Positions 26,585-35,649 are shown, numbered from the stretch's first letter. The stretch: DNA of 53,864 bases from Patescibacteria group bacterium (GCA_018970245.1 JAGWWT010000006.1:1-53864), one strand, 5' to 3'. Numbers and translations are program-made. Notes: a model not told the origin generated them from the letters alone.

Positions 26585-27953
26585 AACTACGATCATGCTT
26601 GGTGCATTCAAAACACGCCAGCGGGCCAAGCTGGCGCGGCGGGCGCTGATCGTCACCACGGTGCGTCCAGCGCACATGGTTTGGCCGATGGAGCTATGGA
26701 AGTGGCGTGATTTTCACGGGTTCACTTTCCGAGTGCTGCACGGGTCGGATAAGCAGAACTTGTTGGATGCCGAACAAAAAGATCCTTCTGACATTTGTAT
26801 TACCAACGTCGAAAGTTTGGCGTGGTTGTTCGATGCGAAAGTAGTCGAATCCGAAATCACCCACAAGAAGTCGGTCAAAGTGGACCCACGGAGGGTCAAA
26901 GCATTAGGTTTTGACACTTTGGTGCTCGATGAATTGAGCCTATTCAAACATACCACATCCATCCGGTTCAAAATCCTCAAAGATGTCATCCACTATTTCA
27001 CCACCCGCTGGGGTGGTACTGGTTCACCGGCGGCGAACCATTTGGAAGCCTTGTTCAGTGAGACGTTCGTGCTGGATGAAGGACGGACCTTCGGGCGTTA
27101 CGTCACCGCCTTCCGTAAGAAATACTTCGTTCCGTCGTATGACGGCTATTCATGGAAACCACAGGACGGCGCGCAAGAGCGCATTTTTGATGCAGTCAAA
27201 CCGGTGTTCTATCGGGTGGAACCACCGAAAGGAACGGTCAAAGAACCACAGATCGTTCTCAATGACATCTTGGTCGATTTACCGCCAGCGGCGCGAAAAA
27301 TCTATGACGAGATGAAAAAGGATCTCGTCGCCGTCGTGGCGGAGGGCGAACGCAGCTTCGCAGCCAATGGTGGCGTGCTAGTGGGTAAGTTGAAGCAAAT
27401 CTCCAACGGGGGTCTTTATATCCAGCACCAAGACCCCGCCACCGGATTGCTTCTTCCACGTGAAACCAGACACCTCCACGATGCCAAGACCGAGGCGTTG
27501 AAAGAATTAGTGGAGGAGCTGCAGGGCTCCCCATTGTTTGTGGCTTACGAATATGACCATGATCTTGACCGATTGCTCAAGATGTTCGGCAAAGACATCC
27601 CCATCCTCGGCAGCGGCAACAGCATCAAACGAGATTTGGAATTGCAAGCCGCGTGGAACCAAGGGGACATCCCCATCCTCTTGGCCCACCCACAAGCCGT
27701 CGGCCACGGTCTCAATCTGCAAATGAGTTGCCGAAATGTGTGCTGGTACGCGATGACCCACAACCGTGAGTTGTATGACCAATTCAATAAGCGGGTGGCC
27801 CGGCAAGGCAACCCCGCTGGCATCGTCACGGTCCATCGGCTGCAAGGGCGGCGTACGATCGACCAGCAATGCGCCACGGTGCTGCATGCTCGTGGCAACG
27901 TGGAACAAGCGCTCTACGCCGCGATTCTCGATTACCTAAAGAATGAAAAATAA
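26418..27953 (+). CDS. SNF2-type helicase (start uncertain, 26418-26475)
   Basis: PHPYQ, DPGKGKT, LDELS, TGSP, GHGLNLQ, RVARQG. Confidence 0.9.
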   Translation: MPSRLQIQQEQQSMQWSGQMDGPPKLWTPHPYQMDAMRWILANPHGGVLADPGKGKTTIMLGAFKTRQRAKLARRALIVTTVRPAHMVWPMELWKWRDFHGFTFRVLHGSDKQNLLDAEQKDPSDICITNVESLAWLFDAKVVESEITHKKSVKVDPRRVKALGFDTLVLDELSLFKHTTSIRFKILKDVIHYFTTRWGGTGSPAANHLEALFSETFVLDEGRTFGRYVTAFRKKYFVPSYDGYSWKPQDGAQERIFDAVKPVFYRVEPPKGTVKEPQIVLNDILVDLPPAARKIYDEMKKDLVAVVAEGERSFAANGGVLVGKLKQISNGGLYIQHQDPATGLLLPRETRHLHDAKTEALKELVEELQGSPLFVAYEYDHDLDRLLKMFGKDIPILGSGNSIKRDLELQAAWNQGDIPILLAHPQAVGHGLNLQMSCRNVCWYAMTHNRELYDQFNKRVARQGNPAGIVTVHRLQGRRTIDQQCATVLHARGNVEQALYAAILDYLKNEK

Positions 27954-27957
27954 TTTA

Positions 27958-27986
27958 TTTATTTTTTAATCTTCAACCCGTAGAAT
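27958..27986 (+). promoter_or_regulatory. sigma70-type promoter of the methyltransferase operon
   Basis: TTTATT-N17-TAGAAT with AT-rich UP element. Confidence 0.65.
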
Positions 27987-28032
27987 AGGTCTATCCACCC
28001 GGCCCCTAGGGGCCATCACATGAAGGAGCGTT

Positions 28033-28425
28033 ATGCGCGACAAGGAGCATCCCGAAGACGATCTGACCCCGGAGGACAGCATCCCCGAGGCCGAGGAATC
28101 CACCCCACCCACCGAGACCGAGGAGCCCACCGTGCCCACGAAGAAAAAGCCCGCCGCCAAGAAGAAAGCCCCGGTGCCCAAGAAGCCCGCAGCCCCCAAG
28201 AAGAAGGCCCCGGCGCCCAAGAAGGCCGCCGCTGCACCGAAGAAGCGGGATCCCCGGGGGCGCAAGGAAGGCAGCGGTGCCATGATCCGTGAGCTGCTCA
28301 AGGAGAAAAAGTGGACCCACGCGCAGATCGTCGAAAAGGTCCGCAAGGCGTTCCCCGACGCCAAAACCGACACCAAGGACGTGACATGGCAGAAGTGGGC
28401 CATGAAAAGCGGGAAGGTGCGCTGA
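28033..28425 (+). CDS. histone-H1-like PAKK-repeat protein with repeated-family domain (copy 2)
   Basis: Acidic N-terminus, KKPAA/PKK repeats, GSGAMIRELL...FP..KT..KDVTW. Confidence 0.82.
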   Translation: MRDKEHPEDDLTPEDSIPEAEESTPPTETEEPTVPTKKKPAAKKKAPVPKKPAAPKKKAPAPKKAAAAPKKRDPRGRKEGSGAMIRELLKEKKWTHAQIVEKVRKAFPDAKTDTKDVTWQKWAMKSGKVR

Positions 28426-28427
28426 CG

Positions 28428-28982
28428 ATGCCTCCGGTGGTCGTCTGCAAAGACATCCACGGCCGCGTCTGCCTGCAGGTCCACCGCCCCGACGGCAACA
28501 CCGTCCTGTATCTTCGCCATGATCCTTCGGAACCACTCACAGTCAAGAAGATGCGGGAGAAGGATTTTGACGATCGCTTCCGCCCCGTCCCCGATTACCC
28601 GGCCAAGCGCTGCGCCGACCTCTACATGGGCTACTCCGTCCACCAAGGAGCGACCGCTGAGGCCGTGCGTTATCTCAAGACCGTGACCAGCATCAGCTCT
28701 TCACTCGAAGAGGCGTTGACGGCCAGAGCCATGGGAACGCCGCCGGAAGGGGGCGGGGAGGAAGCGGAGGACGGCGCCCCGCGCCGGGCGCCCGTTCCAC
28801 GCGCCGGCGCGGGCACCACCGGGTCAGGAGCCTTCATCTGTGAAAAGTTGCTGGAAGGCAAGCTGACCCACGAACAGATCGTCGCTGAAGTGCTCAAACG
28901 GTTCCCCGGACGCCGCACCACCATCAAGGATGTCCGGTGGAACCTATCCAAACTCGTGCGGGAAGGGAGACTGCAAAAATGA
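28428..28982 (+). CDS. hypothetical protein with repeated-family domain (copy 3)
   Basis: C-terminal GSGAFICEKL...FPGRRTTIKDVRW. Confidence 0.78.
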   Translation: MPPVVVCKDIHGRVCLQVHRPDGNTVLYLRHDPSEPLTVKKMREKDFDDRFRPVPDYPAKRCADLYMGYSVHQGATAEAVRYLKTVTSISSSLEEALTARAMGTPPEGGGEEAEDGAPRRAPVPRAGAGTTGSGAFICEKLLEGKLTHEQIVAEVLKRFPGRRTTIKDVRWNLSKLVREGRLQK

Positions 28983-30307
28983 AACCCGTGGCCGTAGCTG
29001 GGGATGTGTTCGCCGGATTGTTCTCGGCCGGCGTCCGTGACGCCGGATACGAGGTCAGTGACCATTTCGAAAACTCCGACTACGGCCACGGGACCGCCGA
29101 GCTGAATTTCCCGCAAACACGGTTCCACGTCGATGCCTCAACATGGCGGGAAGGTGTGGCGGAAATCAGGAAACCGGTCCATTTGTTCTTCTGCAATCCG
29201 CCCTGCGCCATTTGGTCTAATGCACGCCCCAACACCGGCGCGTCCCATGGGTCCGCGTGGAGCGCCGGGGCGAGCGCGTGGCAAGAGGATCCCCGGGTGC
29301 AGTGGCACGAGAATTTGGTCCGGGTGGGGCTTGACATCAAACCGAAGGTGTTCGTTCTCGAGAGCATCTTGCCGGCATGGCGCCGTGGCCGTGACCACTT
29401 CATGAAATTGCGTGACATTTGGATGAAGGCGGACTACGATGTCACGCTGCTGCTGCAGAACAACATGTACATTGGTGGGACGCAGAACCGCAAGCGGCTA
29501 TTCTTCATCGCCCATCAGCATCCATTGGTCTGGCCGGCGTTCACGGCTCCTAAAACGGTGGGTGAATTACTTAAGCCGTTGGGACGACAGACCGGCCGGC
29601 CCCTCCGCGAGAATTTGGCTTGGTGTTACGCCAGAAGCAAACCTGGTGACAAGCTGCGCAAGTTGACCAAGACCGGGGAATACCATGGTCCAGGGATCAG
29701 TTTCTTGTTCACTCGTCTGGACCCCGACGCACCGCCGCCTGTGATGATTTCACATGAGAGCATGATCCACCCCAAGGAACCACGATGGCTCAATTTGGAC
29801 GAGATGCGAGCGCTTAACGGTGTGCCACCGTGGTTTAAGACCCGGGAAATGGGCCTTGGCGCCATCGGAGCGGAGTTTGCCCGGGCAGTCCATGCCGGTC
29901 CCGGCAAATGGATCGCCATCGCAGCGCTAGGCGGCGCGGGCCGTAAGCGTGGTCCTATCCGCACAGCCGTGGTCGTTGACATGTTGGACCCGAAGCGCGT
30001 GGTGGACTACGGAATGGGCGAGGAGGCCCGTCGGATGGACCGGGAGGAGGCGGAGGAAGCCCCGCGCCGAGCGCCTAAGCCCCATGCTAAGCGCGAGGAG
30101 GTTTCTTCCGTGGATCCGGCGCGCTATCCGTTGATGGAGGAGGACAACGGACGTGTAGGGCGCTACACACGGCGTCTGTTGTTGGATGGACTGGGAGACC
30201 AGGCGGTGCTGGATTGTATCCACGCCCATTTCCAAGGATCCAAGGCGACGAAAGCGGATGTGGCTTACCACAAGTACCATCTGCGGAAGGAAGGGCTTCG
30301 CGCTTAG
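28979..30307 (+). CDS. C5-cytosine DNA methyltransferase with C-terminal repeated-family domain (copy 4)
   Basis: Motif I DVFAG, motif IV NPPC, motif VI ESI, motif VIII QNRKRLFF, motif IX-like PRWLNLDEMRAL. Confidence 0.88.
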   Translation: MKPVAVAGDVFAGLFSAGVRDAGYEVSDHFENSDYGHGTAELNFPQTRFHVDASTWREGVAEIRKPVHLFFCNPPCAIWSNARPNTGASHGSAWSAGASAWQEDPRVQWHENLVRVGLDIKPKVFVLESILPAWRRGRDHFMKLRDIWMKADYDVTLLLQNNMYIGGTQNRKRLFFIAHQHPLVWPAFTAPKTVGELLKPLGRQTGRPLRENLAWCYARSKPGDKLRKLTKTGEYHGPGISFLFTRLDPDAPPPVMISHESMIHPKEPRWLNLDEMRALNGVPPWFKTREMGLGAIGAEFARAVHAGPGKWIAIAALGGAGRKRGPIRTAVVVDMLDPKRVVDYGMGEEARRMDREEAEEAPRRAPKPHAKREEVSSVDPARYPLMEEDNGRVGRYTRRLLLDGLGDQAVLDCIHAHFQGSKATKADVAYHKYHLRKEGLRA

Positions 30308-30345
30308 CGCGCCGCGCCCGGCGGGTTCCGGGAGGGGAGGGAGTT

Positions 30346-30615
30346 ATGGAACCACAAGGAAAGGTAGACGGCTGTTTCATTCAGGTTCAGCAGGGCATCG
30401 GATGGGCGATCAAGCAATTGCAACACGGCTTGAAAGTCCGCCGCCGCAATTGGAACGGTAAGGGGCAATGGCTCGGGTTGCAGAACGCTGACGGGCAAAG
30501 CATGAACACGTTGCCGTACGTCTACATCGTGACCGTGGACGGTCACCGTGTTCCCTGGCTGTGCAGTCAAACGGACCTGTTGTCCACGGATTGGGAGATC
30601 GCTACGGCGGAATAG
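30346..30615 (+). CDS. DUF2829 protein (Tad2-like Thoeris anti-defence sponge)
   Basis: GWAI..L..G.KVRR..WNGKG.WL...PY.....PW..SQTDLL..DW signature. Confidence 0.85.
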   Translation: MEPQGKVDGCFIQVQQGIGWAIKQLQHGLKVRRRNWNGKGQWLGLQNADGQSMNTLPYVYIVTVDGHRVPWLCSQTDLLSTDWEIATAE

Positions 30616-30658
30616 TCCCCTCCCTCCCGCATAGCCCCTTGGCGACAGGGGGCCTTGC

Positions 30659-30785
30659 CGGATGGATGGACGGCGTGGAAGGACACGCGAGATAGGCCAA
30701 TTCGATCCGAAAGCGCGACGGCGCGAGTGGCCCTAAGAAGGAAACAACGGATCAAGCCGGAATCAAGCCCGGCTCCATCCATCCG
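30659..30785 (+). ncRNA. tRNA-like structured RNA (putative)
   Basis: 12-bp closing stem, D-arm-like and T-arm-like hairpins, in a non-coding gap. Confidence 0.55.
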
Positions 30786-30804
30786 ACACACACAGGAGGT
30801 AGGC

Positions 30805-30987
30805 GTGATTGATCCGAGACTGAAATGGATGTTCATTTCCCAGGAACATCGTCGGGATTACGAGATGGGCTTTCGTGATGCCTGCAAGGCGATGGGAGTG
30901 TCCCCATACCGACTGCGAAAGGCGAACAAAACTGTCCTCCGAACCTGGAAACAGGTGAGGGACAAAGCGGCTCTAGACGCCAAGTAG
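30805..30987 (+). CDS. hypothetical protein
   Basis: AGGAGGT RBS with GTG start. Confidence 0.6.
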   Translation: MIDPRLKWMFISQEHRRDYEMGFRDACKAMGVSPYRLRKANKTVLRTWKQVRDKAALDAK

Positions 30988-30992
30988 ATCCA

Positions 30993-31643
30993 ATGACGAC
31001 CCAAGACGAAATCGGCGCGTTCTGCCGAGAGCACTCGGCCTGCGCGGAGGCGCGCGAATGGCTCAAGGCCGAAGGCGTCACCACGCTCGCGGAGACGTGG
31101 GACACGTGCCCACGGGCCGACTGGATGGTGTGGATGCTCCGTCGCACGGACAAGTGGGACAAGCCCATGATGGTGAAGATCGCCATCGCCTGCGCGGAAC
31201 AGGTCTTGGGCATCTACGAGACGCGCCAGCCTGGAGATGATCGCCCGCGCAAGGCCATCGAAGCGGCCAAGGCGTATCTCGCGGACCCGAGCGAGAAAAA
31301 CCGGGAGAAGGCAAGGAAATCCGCCGCCGCTGCCGCCTACGCCGCCGCCGCCGCTGCCGCCTACGCCGCCTACGCCGCCGCCTACCCCGCCTACGCCGCC
31401 GCCGCCGCCGACGACGCCGCCGACGCCGCCGCCTACGCCGCCTACGCCGCCGCCTACCCCGCCTACGCCGCCGCCGCCGCCGACGACGCCGCCGACGCCG
31501 CCGCCTACGCCGCTTACGCCGTCGCCGCCCCCGCCGCCAGAGCCGCGATGCGGAAGCGTTGCGCGGACGCGATACGCGAGGCGGTGGGCAATCCGTTCAA
31601 ATCAAAGCGGCCTAGCCGCAAAGCAGAGGGAGGGAAGGGATGA
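30993..31643 (+). CDS. Imm5-like domain protein with Ala/Tyr low-complexity repeats
   Basis: CAE.VL.IYE...PGDDRPRKAIEAAKAY followed by a poly-Ala tract. Confidence 0.75.
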   Translation: MTTQDEIGAFCREHSACAEAREWLKAEGVTTLAETWDTCPRADWMVWMLRRTDKWDKPMMVKIAIACAEQVLGIYETRQPGDDRPRKAIEAAKAYLADPSEKNREKARKSAAAAAYAAAAAAAYAAYAAAYPAYAAAAADDAADAAAYAAYAAAYPAYAAAAADDAADAAAYAAYAVAAPAARAAMRKRCADAIREAVGNPFKSKRPSRKAEGGKG

Positions 31644-31840
31644 AGAAACTCAAAGCGTTAGGCGTTGTGGGTTTTATCTATGCAATCGGCACGCTCGTGG
31701 CGACTTCGTGGATCTGCATCATCAAAGGGCCGTATTTCTTTTCGGCCTCTGACGGCGCGTGGGTTGCCTTTGCTTCCCTCCACGTCGTTATTGCTTTCGC
31801 AAGTGGAATAGCGATATTCGCTGACTTTGAGGAGTCCTGA
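31640..31840 (+). CDS. two-TM membrane protein
   Basis: Two hydrophobic segments; ATGA overlap. Confidence 0.7.
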   Translation: MKKLKALGVVGFIYAIGTLVATSWICIIKGPYFFSASDGAWVAFASLHVVIAFASGIAIFADFEES

Positions 31841-31842
31841 CC

Positions 31843-32196
31843 ATGCCTGACTTCACGCCGAAACCCGGTGAACAATTCCTCACACTGGTCAACGGGCGCT
31901 GGCACCACGCGGAGATCCGGGGAGGGCATCCGGGGGACGTGTTCCTGCTGACGCAAGCTCCGGTGATGGCGGTCCGCGACTACGCCGTCCAGCGCATGGC
32001 CGCGTTGCCGGACGCCGTGCCCTCTGCGGAGGACGCCATCCGGAAGGCGAGGATCGAGGGGGCAGAAGCGGCGCTTGAACACGCTGATTATCACCCCGTG
32101 CCCGAAGCGTTCAAGAATTGGGATTCATCCAAGAAAAGCCTGCGGCGTCATTTGGCTGAGGCTATCGTCGCGGAGATCGAGAAGGGGGATCTGTGA
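31843..32196 (+). CDS. hypothetical protein
   Basis: GAGGAG RBS. Confidence 0.7.
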   Translation: MPDFTPKPGEQFLTLVNGRWHHAEIRGGHPGDVFLLTQAPVMAVRDYAVQRMAALPDAVPSAEDAIRKARIEGAEAALEHADYHPVPEAFKNWDSSKKSLRRHLAEAIVAEIEKGDL

Positions 32197-32810
32197 CCTA
32201 CGAGTGGCGCGAGATCAAAAGGTGGCCGAGCACCGAGGAATTTGGGATGCTCCGTTACGAGAAAGGCAATTTTAAGTGCTGGGTCGCTAAGACGGCCACG
32301 GTCGGCGATAGGGCCAGGGTCGGCGATAGGGCCACGGTCGGCTATGAGGCCACGGTTGGCGATAGGGCCAGGGTCGGCGAGCGGGCCACGGTTGGCGATA
32401 GGGCCAGGGTCGGCTATGAGGCCAGGGTCGGCGAGCGGGCCACGGTTGGCGATAGGGCCAGGGTCGGCTATGAGGCCAGGGTCGGCGATGGAGCCACGGT
32501 CGGCGATGGAGCCAGGGTCGGCAATGGGGCTACGGTCGGCGAGGGGGCCAGGGTCGGCGAGGGGGCCAGGGTCAATCATTGCTTCACCTTCGGTCCCGTA
32601 GGGTCACGCCGAGCCTATTTGAATTACCTCCCGGAGCTTGGGATCTTCACGACCGGATGCTTTTACGGCCCCAAGGCCGAACTGCTAAAGCAATCGAAAT
32701 CCAAACACGATGCCGTGATGCACGCCGCGTACAAAGCCGCCGTGGCGGGACTGGAAAACATTGCCAAAGCGAACGGGATCAAGCGGAAGAAGGGGGGGGG
32801 AGGGAAATGA
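32193..32810 (+). CDS. left-handed beta-helix hexapeptide-repeat protein
   Basis: 15 x VG(D/E/Y/N)xA(R/T), then GPVGSR...TGCF.G. Confidence 0.82.
   Translation: MTYEWREIKRWPSTEEFGMLRYEKGNFKCWVAKTATVGDRARVGDRATVGYEATVGDRARVGERATVGDRARVGYEARVGERATVGDRARVGYEARVGDGATVGDGARVGNGATVGEGARVGEGARVNHCFTFGPVGSRRAYLNYLPELGIFTTGCFYGPKAELLKQSKSKHDAVMHAAYKAAVAGLENIAKANGIKRKKGGGGK
32301..32570 (+). repeat. 18-bp tandem repeat, 15 units
   Basis: GTCGGCGATAGGGCCAGG variants. Confidence 0.9.
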
Positions 32811-33046
32811 TGAATCCGGAAGGCAATCACGTCATTGTACTAGAGACGGCCAAGGAGGAACGCGCCCGGGTGGAAGGCTACCGCCAAGGATTCGCCGCGC
32901 AGTCCGCGTTGCTCGCGGAGGCGATGGTGGCGTTGGAGGCTATCGCCGCGAACGATGGAATCATCGGGGTGCCGTGGAACCACCGGGTCATGACGTCCGA
33001 GGAGTGCGCCCGCGCAGTCCTCGCCAAGCTCAAGGAGGCCAAGTGA
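32807..33046 (+). CDS. hypothetical protein
   Basis: GGAGG RBS; ATGA overlap. Confidence 0.65.
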   Translation: MMNPEGNHVIVLETAKEERARVEGYRQGFAAQSALLAEAMVALEAIAANDGIIGVPWNHRVMTSEECARAVLAKLKEAK

Positions 33047-33411
33047 AGCTGAAACCGTGCCCGCTGTGTAAGCAAGAGGGGGAGTTGATCTTACGAAAGT
33101 TTCAAACGACTCGTCGTTTTGGGCCTCAAAAAGGTAACTACACCTTTTACAATCGAAAAGGAATCATGTGCGTCAATCCAAAATGCCCTCTTGAAGAGGG
33201 TACGAGATTTTCGCTAAAAGCCTGGAACGCCCTCCCCCGCCGCGACCCGCTCCAGCGCGAGAAGAACGCCGTGGTGCGGGCGGCTAGGTCGATGGTGCGC
33301 GACGAGTTTGGGGCGGATCACGCGGTGAGCGCCGCCGCCGAGTTCAACCTGGACGCGCTCCGCGAAGCCCTCGCCGCCTACGAGGCTGCGAATAAAAAGG
33401 AGAAGTCATGA
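33043..33411 (+). CDS. Lar-like zinc-ribbon protein
   Basis: MKLKPCPLC...C.NPKC...AWN. Confidence 0.6.
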   Translation: MKLKPCPLCKQEGELILRKFQTTRRFGPQKGNYTFYNRKGIMCVNPKCPLEEGTRFSLKAWNALPRRDPLQREKNAVVRAARSMVRDEFGADHAVSAAAEFNLDALREALAAYEAANKKEKS

Positions 33412-33746
33412 CTAAAACTTGGAAATCACTAGCTACACCCAAAGAACGTGAAGAATTAGAACATCCAGATTGGCCCAAAGGCCAACGCACTAAGCGCGTG
33501 GGGTGGAGGATGGTCAACGGGCACATACAAATCAAGGTGCCGGAATTTCTGGCTGCGGAGCGTGAACAACTTCTCAAATCGCGGCAAGCGAATTTGGAGC
33601 TGTACCACGAAGCCCTGGACCAACTTCATGCATTGCAGCACACGATGCTATGGGCGAAGAACCACCCATTCAAATTCCTGTGGTGTGTCATCACCAAGAA
33701 ACCCATCCCGACCCCGATTAAGCGGCAAAATCAATCGCATGCTTAA
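33408..33746 (+). CDS. hypothetical protein
   Basis: AAGGAG RBS; ATGA overlap. Confidence 0.65.
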   Translation: MTKTWKSLATPKEREELEHPDWPKGQRTKRVGWRMVNGHIQIKVPEFLAAEREQLLKSRQANLELYHEALDQLHALQHTMLWAKNHPFKFLWCVITKKPIPTPIKRQNQSHA

Positions 33747-34350
33747 TACGGAAGATATAGTCAAAGCATGGTTGCAGTCTACTGGAGGTGTATTGGTACC
33801 CGGGACTTCGCGGTTAGACTACGCAGCAACATGGTCTGCGCATTTAAAAAGATTCAGATACGCACAGAAATTGGATGAATATGAACAAAACACTCAAAGG
33901 AGCCCGACCGTGAGCCGTGACCAATACAAAGATGTCCGCGAATGCCATGAGCACTTCGGCCTTGTCCTCAACGGACCGCGCCCGCGGCGTCTCAGCAAGC
34001 GCAAGATGCTCGAGCGGATCCAATTCCTGCAAGAAGAATTGGACGAGCTGGTGACCGCTACGGGGCTGAAAGGCAAAGGCTCGGCTCAAGACTTCGCCGG
34101 CCAGGCCGATGCCTTGGTGGATCTGGTCTACGTCGCCCTCGGCACCGCGGCGATGATGGGCTTGCCGTGGGGCGCCTTGTGGGACGACGTGCATCGGGCC
34201 AACATGTCAAAGGTCCGCGGGATCACCCATCGTGGCCATAAAGTTGATCTGGCGAAGCCGGCCGGATGGGTGGGTCCGCACACGGACGAGATCCTTACCC
34301 TAGCCGGTTATGATGCGGAGGAGGGGGAGGTGGACGACGATGAAGCCTAA
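33739..34350 (+). CDS. MazG-like (all-alpha) NTP pyrophosphohydrolase
   Basis: LQEELDEL, DALVDLVYV, VHRANMSK, KPAGW. Confidence 0.88.
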   Translation: MLNTEDIVKAWLQSTGGVLVPGTSRLDYAATWSAHLKRFRYAQKLDEYEQNTQRSPTVSRDQYKDVRECHEHFGLVLNGPRPRRLSKRKMLERIQFLQEELDELVTATGLKGKGSAQDFAGQADALVDLVYVALGTAAMMGLPWGALWDDVHRANMSKVRGITHRGHKVDLAKPAGWVGPHTDEILTLAGYDAEEGEVDDDEA

Positions 34351-34834
34351 ACTCATCATCCTCGCCGGAGCGGATGGGTCCGGCAAAACCACCCTAGCGT
34401 CCAAGCTGGTGGCGTCGTCACTGAAACCGAATTACCTGCATTTCAACCAGCACGTCAAGCTGGAGGATTACGTCAAAGCGCTTCTACCGGACGGGAAACC
34501 CCGGGTGCTGGATCGGTCGTGGCTGTGCGAGCTGCCCTACGGCGCCGCGCTCGGCCGGGCGGACCGTTTCGGTAACGGAGCGCGTTTAGCTCTCGAGCGC
34601 TTGGCGCTTGAAATGTGGGACCCGAAAGTGGTGCTGTGCCAGCCGTCTTGGGAGCAAGTATTCAAGAATTGGGGTGAAAAAAACACCACCACGGCGCCGG
34701 AGTTTCTGCAACGGCGTGAGGCGTTGAAGGTCGTGTTCGACGCCTACCCCAAAGAGCTGGTATGGTCGCTGCTTCCGGTGACCATCTACGACTACACTTC
34801 TCACCCATTCCCTCGCCTCTTGGAGAGCCTGTGA
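34340..34834 (+). CDS. deoxynucleoside monophosphate (dTMP-type) kinase
   Basis: IILAGADGSGKTT P-loop; LDRSWLCE. Confidence 0.8.
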   Translation: MKPKLIILAGADGSGKTTLASKLVASSLKPNYLHFNQHVKLEDYVKALLPDGKPRVLDRSWLCELPYGAALGRADRFGNGARLALERLALEMWDPKVVLCQPSWEQVFKNWGEKNTTTAPEFLQRREALKVVFDAYPKELVWSLLPVTIYDYTSHPFPRLLESL

Positions 34835-35649
34835 TTCTCAATGTCTATGAATCGGTCGATATGGTGTGGTTGCAGCATCTAAAGAAAGTCTTGACGGAGG
34901 GGGCTACTACGGAGGTCCGCGGAAAACGGATGGTGGAGATCCCACAGGCCACTATCAAAGTGGACATGCGTAAACCTGTCGTGGCGGTGTCGGAACGGAA
35001 ACTCAACTACAAATTCATGGCCGCGGAAGCCTATTGGATCCTTTCCGGAGACGACAGCGTGGCGGGCATCGCCCCGTGGAACGCCAAAATCGCGGAGTAC
35101 AGCGATGATGGGGTGCGGTTCTTCGGCGCCTACGGGCCGCCCATCAAGGAACAAATGGCCTATGTGGTGGGGAAACTGAAAGCGGATCCCGCATCGCGCC
35201 AGGCGGGGCTGACGATCTGGCGGCAGAACCCGCCGGAAACCAAGGACTACCCGTGCACCGTCGCCATGTTTTTCAGCATCCGGGCTGGTCAGCTCCATGC
35301 TCATGTCTTCATGCGATCCAGTGACGCGTGGTTGGGGCTGCCCTACGACATTTTCAATTTCAGTTGCATCGCGGCTTACGTCCTCGCGTCCTTGAACGAT
35401 GGCGCGGCCACCCACGACATGTTGTTCTTGGGGAATCTTTATCTCACCATGGCCAATGCCCATATCTATGAGACGGACCTGTGGAAGGCGATTCGCGTCG
35501 TCGGCCAGGACCATAGGTCGACTGTTCTACCGCTTGACGATATGCGAATGGCCGGGATGTTGCTGCCGCCTCAATGGACAGTTAAGCCTGAAGCATTGAT
35601 GGATGGTCTCCGTGAAACACGGGGCCGTGGCTTGGGCGCATTACAGTGA
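34831..35649 (+). CDS. thymidylate synthase homologue, probable dCMP (hydroxy)methylase
   Basis: GAYG, SRQA, catalytic PC, MRSSD..LGLPYD (Asp at the ThyA Asn177-equivalent site), HIY. Confidence 0.8.
   Translation: MILNVYESVDMVWLQHLKKVLTEGATTEVRGKRMVEIPQATIKVDMRKPVVAVSERKLNYKFMAAEAYWILSGDDSVAGIAPWNAKIAEYSDDGVRFFGAYGPPIKEQMAYVVGKLKADPASRQAGLTIWRQNPPETKDYPCTVAMFFSIRAGQLHAHVFMRSSDAWLGLPYDIFNFSCIAAYVLASLNDGAATHDMLFLGNLYLTMANAHIYETDLWKAIRVVGQDHRSTVLPLDDMRMAGMLLPPQWTVKPEALMDGLRETRGRGLGALQ

Noticed and set aside
31237-31752. Pro/Thr-rich ORF resembling the TPT proteins
   Set aside because: Alternative frame of the GCC-rich Ala tract; no RBS or signal peptide
32301-32570. Tandem repeat as a CRISPR array
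   Set aside because: No unique spacers; it is an in-frame hexapeptide coding repeat
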